Part shown: piece after piece, positions 56,529 through 64,000 of the stretch
How positions within the stretch are numbered: the first letter of the stretch is position 1
Layout of the letters: each line of letters starts with the position of its first letter
From: an uncultured bacterium
Lineage (GTDB): Bacteria; Bacteroidota; Bacteroidia; Bacteroidales; CAIWKO01
DNA: 64,000 bases
Direction of reading: 5' to 3'
Assembly (NCBI GenBank): GCA_903862465.1
Contig: CAIOYH010000217.1
Coordinates: 2,608 to 66,607, forward strand
Position numbers and translations under genes: made by a program
The notes under the pieces: model-generated
Databases searched by the model: none
What the model saw: the letters and a program-made list of their open reading frames with translations, nothing else
What the model was told of the DNA's origin: nothing

Positions 56529-56738
56529 CTTCCGTCAGTGGTGAAATATACTTTTTGTAACTGTCGAACCCTTCCGTCAGTAGTGAAATATGAGTTTGGT
56601 AACTGTCGAACCCTTCCGTCAGTAGTGAAATATGAGTTTGGTAACTGTAAAAGTTTTCCGTCAGTAGTGAAATATGACTTTGGTAACTGTAAAAGTCTTC
56701 CGTCAGTAGTGAAATATAGGTTCGACACTTAGGAATAC
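56529..56738. repeat. Tandem array, 5 units of 42 bp (CTTCCGTCAGTAGTGAAATATGAGTTTGGTAACTGTCGAACC)
   Basis: CTTCCGTCAG anchors at 56529, 56571, 56613, 56655 and 56697. A related inverted word, GTTTGCCGGAAG, lies at about 56497-56508. Confidence 0.9.
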
Positions 56739-56841
56739 CTTCCAACGCCGCATAAACCCTCGAATTTGATTTTAGAAAAATATACCCTTAAGCAAAACAA
56801 CCCCTGTAAATATCAAATTTACAGAGGTCGTTTTTTGTTGT

Positions 56842-56928
56842 TGGTGCCCGGAACAGGACTCGAACCTGCACACCCTTGCGAATACTAGTCCCTGAAACTA
56901 GCGCGTCTACCAATTCCGCCATCCGGGC
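56842..56928 (-). tRNA. tRNA-Leu (anticodon CAG), CCA encoded
   Basis: The reverse complement folds as a cloverleaf: acceptor GCCCGGA/TCCGGGC, anticodon stem CTAGT/ACTAG with loop TTCAGGG, a long variable arm, and T-loop TTCGAGT. Confidence 0.9.
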
Positions 56929-56975
56929 GATTTCGTTATTTTTGAATAGGTAATGCTTATTGATTGTCGTATAAA

Positions 56976-57023
56976 TTTAGCAGTTACTAGTTGTCGGTTG
57001 AATGATTACTAGTAACTGCTAAA
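56976..57023 (-). other. Perfect 16-bp-stem hairpin between the two tRNA genes
   Basis: TTTAGCAGTTACTAGT (56976-56991) and ACTAGTAACTGCTAAA (57008-57023) are exact reverse complements. Confidence 0.8.
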
Positions 57024-57029
57024 GTCAAT

Positions 57030-57116
57030 TGGTGCCCAGGACAAGACTTGAACTTGCACGTCCGTAAGGACACTACCCCCTCAAAGTAGCGTGTCTGCCA
57101 ATTTCACCACCTGGGC
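57030..57116 (-). tRNA. tRNA-Leu (anticodon GAG), CCA encoded
   Basis: Acceptor GCCCAGG/CCTGGGC, anticodon stem CTACT/GGTAG with loop TTGAGGG, a long variable arm, and T-loop TTCAAGT. Confidence 0.88.
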
Positions 57117-57441
57117 TTTTCGCCTGCAAAAGTACGTAAAATTTGAATTCAACAACATAAATAATACGTTTTTTTTATTTTATGTTGAGTTTAGGTTTTG
57201 TTTTTAAACGATAACATCCGCGAAAAGTAGGATTTATTTATAGGATTCGTAGCAGACTGCCGCTTGTGATGCCCTGTTGAAGTTCTTCTTGATATCTTTA
57301 AAGAAAGAATTTTTAGACGGCTTTGCATCAAAGTTCTACACAAAAAACACGCTGCACTTTGCTTGCATTGCAGCTTTCTGAAAAACAAATCAACTGCTTG
57401 AAAACAACATTTCGTAAAAGATATCCATCAAAAAATTAAAC

Positions 57442-57470
57442 AAAAAAAAACCGGGCTAAAGAAGCCCGGC
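57442..57470 (-). terminator. Rho-independent terminator of the 57512-57856 gene
   Basis: CCGGGC(57451-57456)/GCCCGG(57464-57469) stem with a 9-nt minus-strand T-run. Confidence 0.75.
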
Positions 57471-57511
57471 TAAACGCATAAAACACTGGAAAGAACGAGA
57501 GCTGACTTAAA

Positions 57512-57856
57512 TTATTTTTTAGGAGCCGGTTTAGGAGCTGGCTTTGTTTCTGTGGTTGGTTTAGGTTTTGTTGTGGTGTGGGTTGCTGGTTTGGGTTTTT
57601 CTTCTTTTACAAAAACACCTTTGTCGTTGTAAACCAAAGTAATCTTGTTAGCTTCTTTTGCTGCAATAACTTCAAAAGTAACTACTTTGTTTGTCTCAAC
57701 TTTAAACGCATTTTTAATTTCGTAACCCGCGTAATTTCTTCTAACATGATCCGTGATATCTTTTTTTAATTCTGTTGTTTTCATTGCGGTTCTTGTCTGT
57801 GCACTTGCTACACTAACAAAAAGAACTGCCATCATCAATACTATTAGCTTTTTCAT
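57512..57856 (-). CDS. Small secreted protein with a Lys/Pro/Thr-rich tail
   Basis: Signal peptide MKKLIVLMMAVLFVSVASAQ, and tail KPKPATHTTTKPKPTTETKPAPKPAPKK. Confidence 0.6.
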   Translation of the reverse strand: MKKLIVLMMAVLFVSVASAQTRTAMKTTELKKDITDHVRRNYAGYEIKNAFKVETNKVVTFEVIAAKEANKITLVYNDKGVFVKEEKPKPATHTTTKPKPTTETKPAPKPAPKK

Positions 57857-57953
57857 TTTAAATTGGTTTTTTAAATTAATTATGATGCAAAATTATACCC
57901 CAATTTTGAAGGAATATTGTAGTTGAAAAATATTTTTGAAAAAAATGCATTTT

Positions 57954-59231
57954 CTATAAAAGTTTTTTTGAATCAAGATTAATTTCAATAGTATGCAACC
58001 CATCATGATGGGCATAATCAATAATTAAATCATTGGTATCCACTATCTTTTTTACGATGGCTAAACCTAATCCCAATGAATCAGGTTTCGATGAATCTTT
58101 CATGAATCTTTGAAAAAGTTCTTCAGTATTTGTAGTTAGTTTGTTGCCGCTATTGGAAATAATAAAACTTGATGTGCTAATTTTAATAAATATGGTACCG
58201 TTCTGTAGGTTATGTTTAATGGCATTGTTCAAAAGATTTGACAGTAAAATGTCCACCAAAGTAGGATTCATTTCAATAATACATTCATCTTGATATGCTT
58301 TCGTGACGATTATTCCTTTTTCGCAGATGAGTTCCGAAAAGTTTCCCAAAAGTTTGTCGAGCAACAAATTTATGTTTATTGATTTGGTTTCATGAAACTG
58401 CAAACTTTCTATACGCGTGATTAACACCAAAGCCCGACTCATTTTAGACAAACGCGAAGTGGACTCTGTGATAGATTGTATCACTTTCAGTTGTTCGTGA
58501 TTGAGGCTCTCGTCTTGGATAAGTAATTCAACTTTGGCGCGTATGATGGATAGGGGAGTCTGCATTTCGTGCGAAGCATTTTCCGTAAATTCTTTCAGAC
58601 TCAAAAAGTCAGAATGAATTTTCTCTGACATGATATTCAACACTTCATTCAGTAAAGTGAATTCTGTTGTGGCTGTTTTTGGCAACTTCAAACCCGGAGT
58701 TCTCCCAACATTATAATTCTTCAGTATTCCTAAGGTAGTATAAAAAGGTCTAAGAAGTCGTTTTGATACGGTGAAATTGGTCAACATCATCACCGCAAGC
58801 AAGGAAATAAACAGAAAAAACATCAACAGCAATATATCTCTTATTAAATCCCCTTTATTAATAAGCGATTTGCTGATGTCTATTTTAAATGTTTTGGTAT
58901 ATAGTTTAATATTGGACTCCAACATCCTGAACGGAATATAATCGTTTTCGATGCTATCATAGATAATGGTATCGCTAATTTTTTGGTATGGTGCAACTAA
59001 TCCATCATTATCAATAACTTTAATCTGATTCTCGAAACTCGTATAAAAATCAGGAATAGAATCTGAAACCATTAACTTCTGAATGATGCGCGCTTTCTCC
59101 AATTCAAGGCTTTGGTCAACTTCTTGATAGATTTGGGTCTTTAAATTAAAATAAAATATGATGCCGCCAACGATGAAGGTTATCAACGAAAACAGTAACA
59201 ACAGTATGGTGTTTTTTACAAGAAGTTTCAT
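57954..59231 (-). CDS. Sensor histidine kinase (two TM helices, DHp + CA)
   Basis: H-box FTENASHEMQTPLSII, N box LLSNLLNNAIKH, and G2 GLGLAIVKKIV. Confidence 0.85.
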   Translation of the reverse strand: MKLLVKNTILLLLFSLITFIVGGIIFYFNLKTQIYQEVDQSLELEKARIIQKLMVSDSIPDFYTSFENQIKVIDNDGLVAPYQKISDTIIYDSIENDYIPFRMLESNIKLYTKTFKIDISKSLINKGDLIRDILLLMFFLFISLLAVMMLTNFTVSKRLLRPFYTTLGILKNYNVGRTPGLKLPKTATTEFTLLNEVLNIMSEKIHSDFLSLKEFTENASHEMQTPLSIIRAKVELLIQDESLNHEQLKVIQSITESTSRLSKMSRALVLITRIESLQFHETKSININLLLDKLLGNFSELICEKGIIVTKAYQDECIIEMNPTLVDILLSNLLNNAIKHNLQNGTIFIKISTSSFIISNSGNKLTTNTEELFQRFMKDSSKPDSLGLGLAIVKKIVDTNDLIIDYAHHDGLHTIEINLDSKKLL

Positions 59232-59905
59232 AGCGTCGAGAACTTATACCCCATACCATACACATTTAATATATAATCGGTATCGGTTTTTTCCATGATT
59301 TTCTTTCGGAGGTTCTTAATATGGGTATAAATAAAATTGAATGAATCTGCAGCATCCATATCATCGCCCCACAGATGTTCAGCTATGGACTCTCTGTTGA
59401 GCACCCTGTTTTTGTTAGCAATGAAAAACAGCAGCAACTCATATTCCTTACGCGTAAGCACTATCAACTGATTGTTCACAAAAACCTCCGCCGAGTCGGG
59501 CAATATCTTTATTTCGTTAATCACTATCTCATTCTTCCCCTCGAAGGATTTCCTCCGAATCACCGATTTGACTCTAGCATTCAACTCTGCCAAATGAAAA
59601 GGCTTGGTCAGATAATCATCCGCACCAATTTCCAAACCAATGATTTTATCATCAAGCGCACTGCGTGCAGAAACAATGATGATACCCGTTTGGCTACTAA
59701 TTTTCTTCACCGCTTTGATGATGTCCAACCCATTGCCATCGGGCAACGTCAGGTCAACAATGAGGCAATCATAATGATAAAGATTGATCTTTTCTTCTGC
59801 TGCATCAAACGTCATGGCAGTTTCGCAAACAAAGCCTTCCTTTTCGAAGAAAGCAGAGATGGATTCTGACAACACTTTTTCGTCTTCGATAATGAGTAGT
59901 TTCAT
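59228..59905 (-). CDS. OmpR/PhoB-family response regulator
   Basis: MKLLIIEDE, CLIVDLTLPDGNG, IIVSA, KPF, and a winged-helix C-terminus (LTRKEYELLLFF...VYGMGYKF). I prefer the ATG at 59905, because the listed 60034 start reads into the tandem array. Confidence 0.9.
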   Translation of the reverse strand: MKLLIIEDEKVLSESISAFFEKEGFVCETAMTFDAAEEKINLYHYDCLIVDLTLPDGNGLDIIKAVKKISSQTGIIIVSARSALDDKIIGLEIGADDYLTKPFHLAELNARVKSVIRRKSFEGKNEIVINEIKILPDSAEVFVNNQLIVLTRKEYELLLFFIANKNRVLNRESIAEHLWGDDMDAADSFNFIYTHIKNLRKKIMEKTDTDYILNVYGMGYKFSTL

Positions 59906-59990
59906 GATGATTTTTCTTTTCAATGTAAGGACTTCAAAAGTACAAATTTTTAATGAACTCAAAGAAATATTTACCTGATTTTTTTTAGAC

Positions 59991-60755
59991 TTAATGACCA
60001 ATGACCATAAATGACGCGCAGCCAATGACCACAAATGACGCGCAGCAAATGACCAATGACCTCAAATGACGCACAGCAAATGACCACAAATGACGCGCAG
60101 CCAATGACCATAAATGACACGCAGCCAATGACCACAAATGACACCCAGCAAATGACCTCAAATGACGCGCAGCAAATGACCTCAAATGACGCGCAGCAAA
60201 TGACCAATGACCTCAAATGACGCACAGCAAATGACCTCAAATGACGCGCAGCAAATGACCTAATGACAACAAATGACGCGCAGCAAATGACCACAAATGA
60301 CGCGCAGCCAATGACAACAAATCACGCGCAGCCAATGACCACAAATGACGCGCAGCAAATGACCACAAATGACACGCAGCCAATGACCATAAATGACACG
60401 CAGCCAATGACCATAAATGACACCCAGCAAATGACCTCAAATGAAGCGCAGCAAATGACCTAATGACAACAAATGACGCACAGCAAATGACCTCAATTGA
60501 CGCGCAGCAAATGACCTAATGACAACAAATGACGCGCAGCAAATGACCAATGACAACAAATCACGCGCAGCCAATGACCTCAAATGACGCGCAGCAAATG
60601 ACCAATGACCAAAAATGACGCGCAGCAAATGACCAATGACCTCCAATGACGCGCAGCAAATGACCAATGACCACAAATGACGCGCAGCAAATGACCATAA
60701 ATGACACGCAGCAAATGACCTCAAATGACGCGCAGCAAATGCCTAATGACCACAA
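59991..60755. repeat. About 765-bp tandem array, about 28 units of 24 bp (AAATGACGCGCAGCAAATGACCAC); 10 units carry an extra 7-8 bp AATGACC insert
   Basis: ATGACG anchors are spaced 24 bp (18 times) or 31-32 bp (9 times) from 60011 to 60725. The AATGAC word occurs more than 60 times. Confidence 0.92.
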
Positions 60756-62722
60756 TATTTATACAAAGTATTATAAGCCTCCTTTATCCCCAATTCCCCT
60801 GCCTTGCTTATATCCTTACATCCCTGCTCCGTATTCCCCAAAAACAAATACATCAACCCTCTATTATAATACGCCTCCGCAAAATCAGTATCATAAAACA
60901 CCGCAATAGAATAATCCAGTATCGCACCTCCAAAATCCCGCAACACCGACTTCACGTTTCCACGATTATAATATGCCAACGGAAACTTCCCATTTTTGTT
61001 TATCGCCATCGTATAATCCTGCATCGCCTGCAAATAAAAATTCTGATTAAACGTAGGCGTATTATTCATAAACAACTGCGAGTTCAGCTGTTCCCTTTCC
61101 TCCTGCTGCCCTAAAACAAAATGCAGATTCCCTTTCATAAACCACGCCAAATAACCCACCGACGTACTATCACCCATCCGATTCGCCATCTCCAACGCTT
61201 CCGCATAATTCACCATCGACGCCGCAAACACACTCCGCCACATATATCTAAACGCCGACACCGTATCCCCGCCATACATTGAATCAAACACAACACGCAT
61301 CTTCGCCACACTATCCGCATGTAAGCTCACCGTCTTCGTCGTAAACATCATGCTAAAACCTCTATTCCTAAACCCATTCAGTTGCTCCAACTCCTTATTA
61401 AACTTCCCATAACCTCCCGCCTCACCTCTTTTCGCCAACAAAACACTATACTGCGGCTTAATCGTGATTTCATTTTGTTTAAACTGTATCCTCCCCCTTG
61501 TCGTATCATTACTCACATACTCCGACCTAAATTCAAACATCTTCTTAAAATTGACTATCTCCTCCTCACTATAATGTATCGAATCATTATTCGTCATCAG
61601 CATGTCGGCTATTCTTTTATCATTTTCGGCAGCCTTATAATTTTTCATCTCACTATAGGCTGCCGACCTATAAAAATACGCCTGATAAAACGTCGGATAC
61701 AATCCTATCACCACGCTATAATCCGCCACCGCACCCTTATAATCCTTCAATTGATCCTTCACATTCGCCCGATAAAAAAACGCAAACACATTCTTCGGAT
61801 TCAGCGCAATCACCCTCCCATAATCCTCCCGCGCCTCCTCAAAACTTCGATGTTGCGCCTCCAAACTCGCCCTATTATAATAACACTCCGCATTATACGG
61901 CGCCAACTCCGTCACCTTCGTATAATTCCACAACGCCTTCTCATAATCATTCTTATCATGATAATAACTCGCCAAATAATAATACCCCATCACATTCCCC
62001 GAATCTTTCCCTATCGTATATTCAAAATCCTCTTTGGCCCCCAACGAATCCCCCCAAAACAATTTAATCTGACCCCGCAAAATAAACGCATTATAATTCT
62101 TCCCATCTATCCCTATCGCTTTCTCACAATCCCGAAGCGCAGCCTCAAACTGCTTCCCATCCAAATGCAAAATACTCCTATTCAAATACGAATTAAAATT
62201 CTTTGGATTCAACACCAGCGCCATCCTAAAATCCTCCAATGCCGCCACACTATCATCAATTTGCGTCTTCGCATAACCCCGCGCATTAAAATAATCCGAA
62301 TTCGTACAATTTATCCCTATCGCCCTATCAAAAAAACCTATCGCATCCGCATAATCTTTCTCCTCTGTTTTTATGACACCCAAATAATAATACGCAGGAC
62401 TATATCCATGATGAATACGAATCGTCTGTTCAAAATCCTCCGCCGCCCCAACCAAATCATCCAACTCCATTTTTGCCACACCTCTATAAAAATACGCCTG
62501 ATGATTCTCCGGCGTATTCTCTATCACTTTATTAAACACAGCAATCGCCCCCGTAAAATCATTCTTCCCCAACTTCCCCTGCCCATCCATCATATAAAAA
62601 TTCATATTCAACTGCGCGTATGTCCTAAACGCCCCGCCATAACCGCCCACCAACAGCACCACAAACACATATTTCACCAAAACCTTCAACACACCAAATT
62701 CATTTTCCAAAAATAACCCCAA
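60743..62722 (-). CDS. TPR repeat protein (probably secreted or membrane-anchored)
   Basis: More than 12 consecutive TPR-like 34-aa units (AYFYRGVAKMELDD..., AYYYLGVIKTEEKDY..., ECYYNRASLEAQ...) and a hydrophobic N-terminus VKYVFVVLLVGG. The exact start is uncertain. Confidence 0.8.
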   Translation of the reverse strand: MGLFLENEFGVLKVLVKYVFVVLLVGGYGGAFRTYAQLNMNFYMMDGQGKLGKNDFTGAIAVFNKVIENTPENHQAYFYRGVAKMELDDLVGAAEDFEQTIRIHHGYSPAYYYLGVIKTEEKDYADAIGFFDRAIGINCTNSDYFNARGYAKTQIDDSVAALEDFRMALVLNPKNFNSYLNRSILHLDGKQFEAALRDCEKAIGIDGKNYNAFILRGQIKLFWGDSLGAKEDFEYTIGKDSGNVMGYYYLASYYHDKNDYEKALWNYTKVTELAPYNAECYYNRASLEAQHRSFEEAREDYGRVIALNPKNVFAFFYRANVKDQLKDYKGAVADYSVVIGLYPTFYQAYFYRSAAYSEMKNYKAAENDKRIADMLMTNNDSIHYSEEEIVNFKKMFEFRSEYVSNDTTRGRIQFKQNEITIKPQYSVLLAKRGEAGGYGKFNKELEQLNGFRNRGFSMMFTTKTVSLHADSVAKMRVVFDSMYGGDTVSAFRYMWRSVFAASMVNYAEALEMANRMGDSTSVGYLAWFMKGNLHFVLGQQEEREQLNSQLFMNNTPTFNQNFYLQAMQDYTMAINKNGKFPLAYYNRGNVKSVLRDFGGAILDYSIAVFYDTDFAEAYYNRGLMYLFLGNTEQGCKDISKAGELGIKEAYNTLYKYCGH

Positions 62723-63070
62723 AATCCCACTTTTATTGCCTTTCCCATCAATAAATCCCCACTCAAACCTAAACCTCCCATCACAATCATAAATCTCAAA
62801 TCTTTTTTGGGCGCATCCCTCCTACGTCGGGTCGGGCTTTCCGTTCCAAGTCCTCGCGCCTGAAAAACGGCGCTGTGGGCTTTTCTCTCCAATCCCTTGC
62901 GCTCCTGCCCCGTGTCTATCCCTTGGACTCTTAATCTAACATTTATTGCCTCCTAAAACCTTCTTCCCACCCTCCAAAACCTTAATAGAAATAACAACCA
63001 AACGAAATCCTCCAACCTTCTAACCTTCTTATATTTTCAAATAGTATTAAACCCGAAATCTTCCAATTAC

Positions 63071-63260
63071 ATCCCTCCCTATTATAGCCCCTTTTCAAGG
63101 GGTTGGGGTTTCTTAATTCAAATAACCCACCCCAAACAATTATATCCCTCCCTATTATAGCCCCTTTTTAACCTGTCCCGTACACAAAGTGTCGGGAGGG
63201 GCTTGGGGTTTTCACCATACCATTCATCCCTACTTATATTCCCATGCCCTGTAGGGGCAG
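63071..63260. repeat. Two to three copies of a ~73-bp element (ATCCCTCCCTATTATAGCCCCTTTT ... GGGGTTGGGGTT) with C/G-run hairpins
   Basis: Exact 25-mers at 63071 and 63144, with a degenerate third copy at about 63225. Hairpins are CCCCTT-TTC-AAGGGG and GGGGCAGAA-AATC-TTCTGCCCC. Confidence 0.7.
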
Positions 63261-63349
63261 AAAATCTTCTGCCCCGCTTGACTTCTGCCCCGATTGTAGT
63301 TTCTGTCATCCTACAAACCCCGTTAAGGGTGATATATTTATAACCCCGA

Positions 63350-64000
63350 CTATTCTTTTATAAATTTCTGAATTGAATTGCCCTGTTCAGTCCTTATCTT
63401 TATTATATAAATCCCTTTTTTTAAATTTTCAATATCAATATGTGTCGTTTTCTCTACTGTATTGATGCTTGTTATAACTTGCCCACTCATAGTTGAAATT
63501 TCCACTGTGGCTTTTTCTATATTTTCTATGGTTATAATATTTGTAGCAGGATTTGGATAAATGCTCATAACAGATTCCGGCAAGTTATTTATTCCAACAG
63601 TAATATCACAATTGGTACTAGCTGATCCTGCTGTTTGCGACAACACAATATTAGTTGGCTGATTCCCATAATTCGTTATCATCAGTATATAATATTCATC
63701 TGTAACCCCATTTGGAATATAACAAGTTTCAAATGCGGAAGCAGTATAACTGCAATCTATAAGATTTCCTTGTGGATACGGACACACCCCCTGTGGATTA
63801 TCGCTACAACAAGGAGGTGCACAGCTAGCTGTAAGTTGAGAAGTACACGGTGCTGTTTGATTAGAAAAAGGTCCCCAACATGCGAAATCAATATCAGCAC
63901 CAGGCACAGGTGTAATTTTAATTGTCATATCTCCTGAATTGGCTATCCGAAAATAAAACCATCTCGGATTAGGTTGAGAATATAAACATCCATAATTTGG
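63350..64000 (-). CDS. Secreted protein with a T9SS type A (Por_Secre_tail) C-terminal sorting domain; 5' end lies outside the window
   Basis: C-terminus MSIYPNPATNIITIENIEKATVEISTMSGQVI...GIYIIKIRTEQGNSIQKFIKE. The frame stays open upstream of the listed ATG (63928) to the window edge. Confidence 0.75.
   Translation of the reverse strand, partial: PNYGCLYSQPNPRWFYFRIANSGDMTIKITPVPGADIDFACWGPFSNQTAPCTSQLTASCAPPCCSDNPQGVCPYPQGNLIDCSYTASAFETCYIPNGVTDEYYILMITNYGNQPTNIVLSQTAGSASTNCDITVGINNLPESVMSIYPNPATNIITIENIEKATVEISTMSGQVITSINTVEKTTHIDIENLKKGIYIIKIRTEQGNSIQKFIKE

Noticed and set aside
59971-60755. Multiple ORFs on both strands within the AATGAC array (for example 59971-60294, 60237-60440, 60263-60463, 60437-60724, 60561-60755), and the 129-nt N-terminal extension of the response regulator (59906-60034)
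   Set aside because: These are repeat-generated open frames encoding SFAARHLW- or MTTNDAQQ-type iterations. The regulator has a canonical MKLLIIEDE start at 59905.
59991-60755. CRISPR array interpretation of the tandem arrays (also 9654-9833, 25313-25627, 45225-45520)
   Set aside because: The units are contiguous with no unique spacers. The unit length (21-24 bp) equals the period, and no cas genes are present.
61382-62716. 444-aa plus-strand ORF opposite the TPR gene
   Set aside because: Its product is extreme I/R/L/P/H low complexity, whereas the minus-strand product has more than 12 canonical TPR units.

Overview
This is a Bacteroidota-type chromosomal segment. The evidence is T9SS type A and type B C-terminal sorting domains, DUF1573 and DUF4476 proteins, TAnnTTTG -7 boxes, and a CI-type HTH plus S24 'non-canonical LexA'.

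Gene content, left to right:
- 1-9.4 kb: a minus-strand polysaccharide (O-antigen/EPS) operon with an initiating sugar transferase, GT4 enzymes, a Wzy-like protein and two DegT aminotransferases.
- 10.3-12.4 kb: aroK and wecB.
- 12.5-18.8 kb: an SOS/mutagenesis cluster (exonuclease-GIY-YIG, LexA-like repressor, divergent dinB-dnaE2).
- 19.4-24.2 kb: three repeat-rich surface proteins.
- 26.3-32.0 kb: an AT-rich island with a tightly coupled four-gene operon (dual-GHKL ATPase/histidine-kinase protein, receiver-like protein, unknown protein, orphan C5 cytosine methyltransferase).
- 32.6-43.1 kb: gdhA, a large PEP/pyruvate-binding sensor protein, a DUF1573 protein and ppdK.
- 43-64 kb: ORFans, then housekeeping genes (LKR-like dehydrogenase, lpxB, trmH-like, rpsF-rpsR-rplI, Memo-AMMECR1 fusion, ftsE), two glycosyltransferases, two tRNA-Leu genes, an HK/OmpR-type two-component pair, a TPR protein and a truncated T9SS cargo gene.

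Two things stand out. The first is the GHKL/HK + REC-like + unknown + Dcm operon, which I read as a candidate unnamed defence or R-M-like system. The second is an unusual density of intergenic tandem arrays whose sequences differ but whose period is 21 bp (or 42 or 24 bp). Each lies about 90-290 bp upstream of a minus-strand gene, and three of them lie upstream of ORFans with an FN3-like tail. I saw no transposase, integrase, rRNA or CRISPR array. All functional calls come from motif recognition by eye, without database searches.
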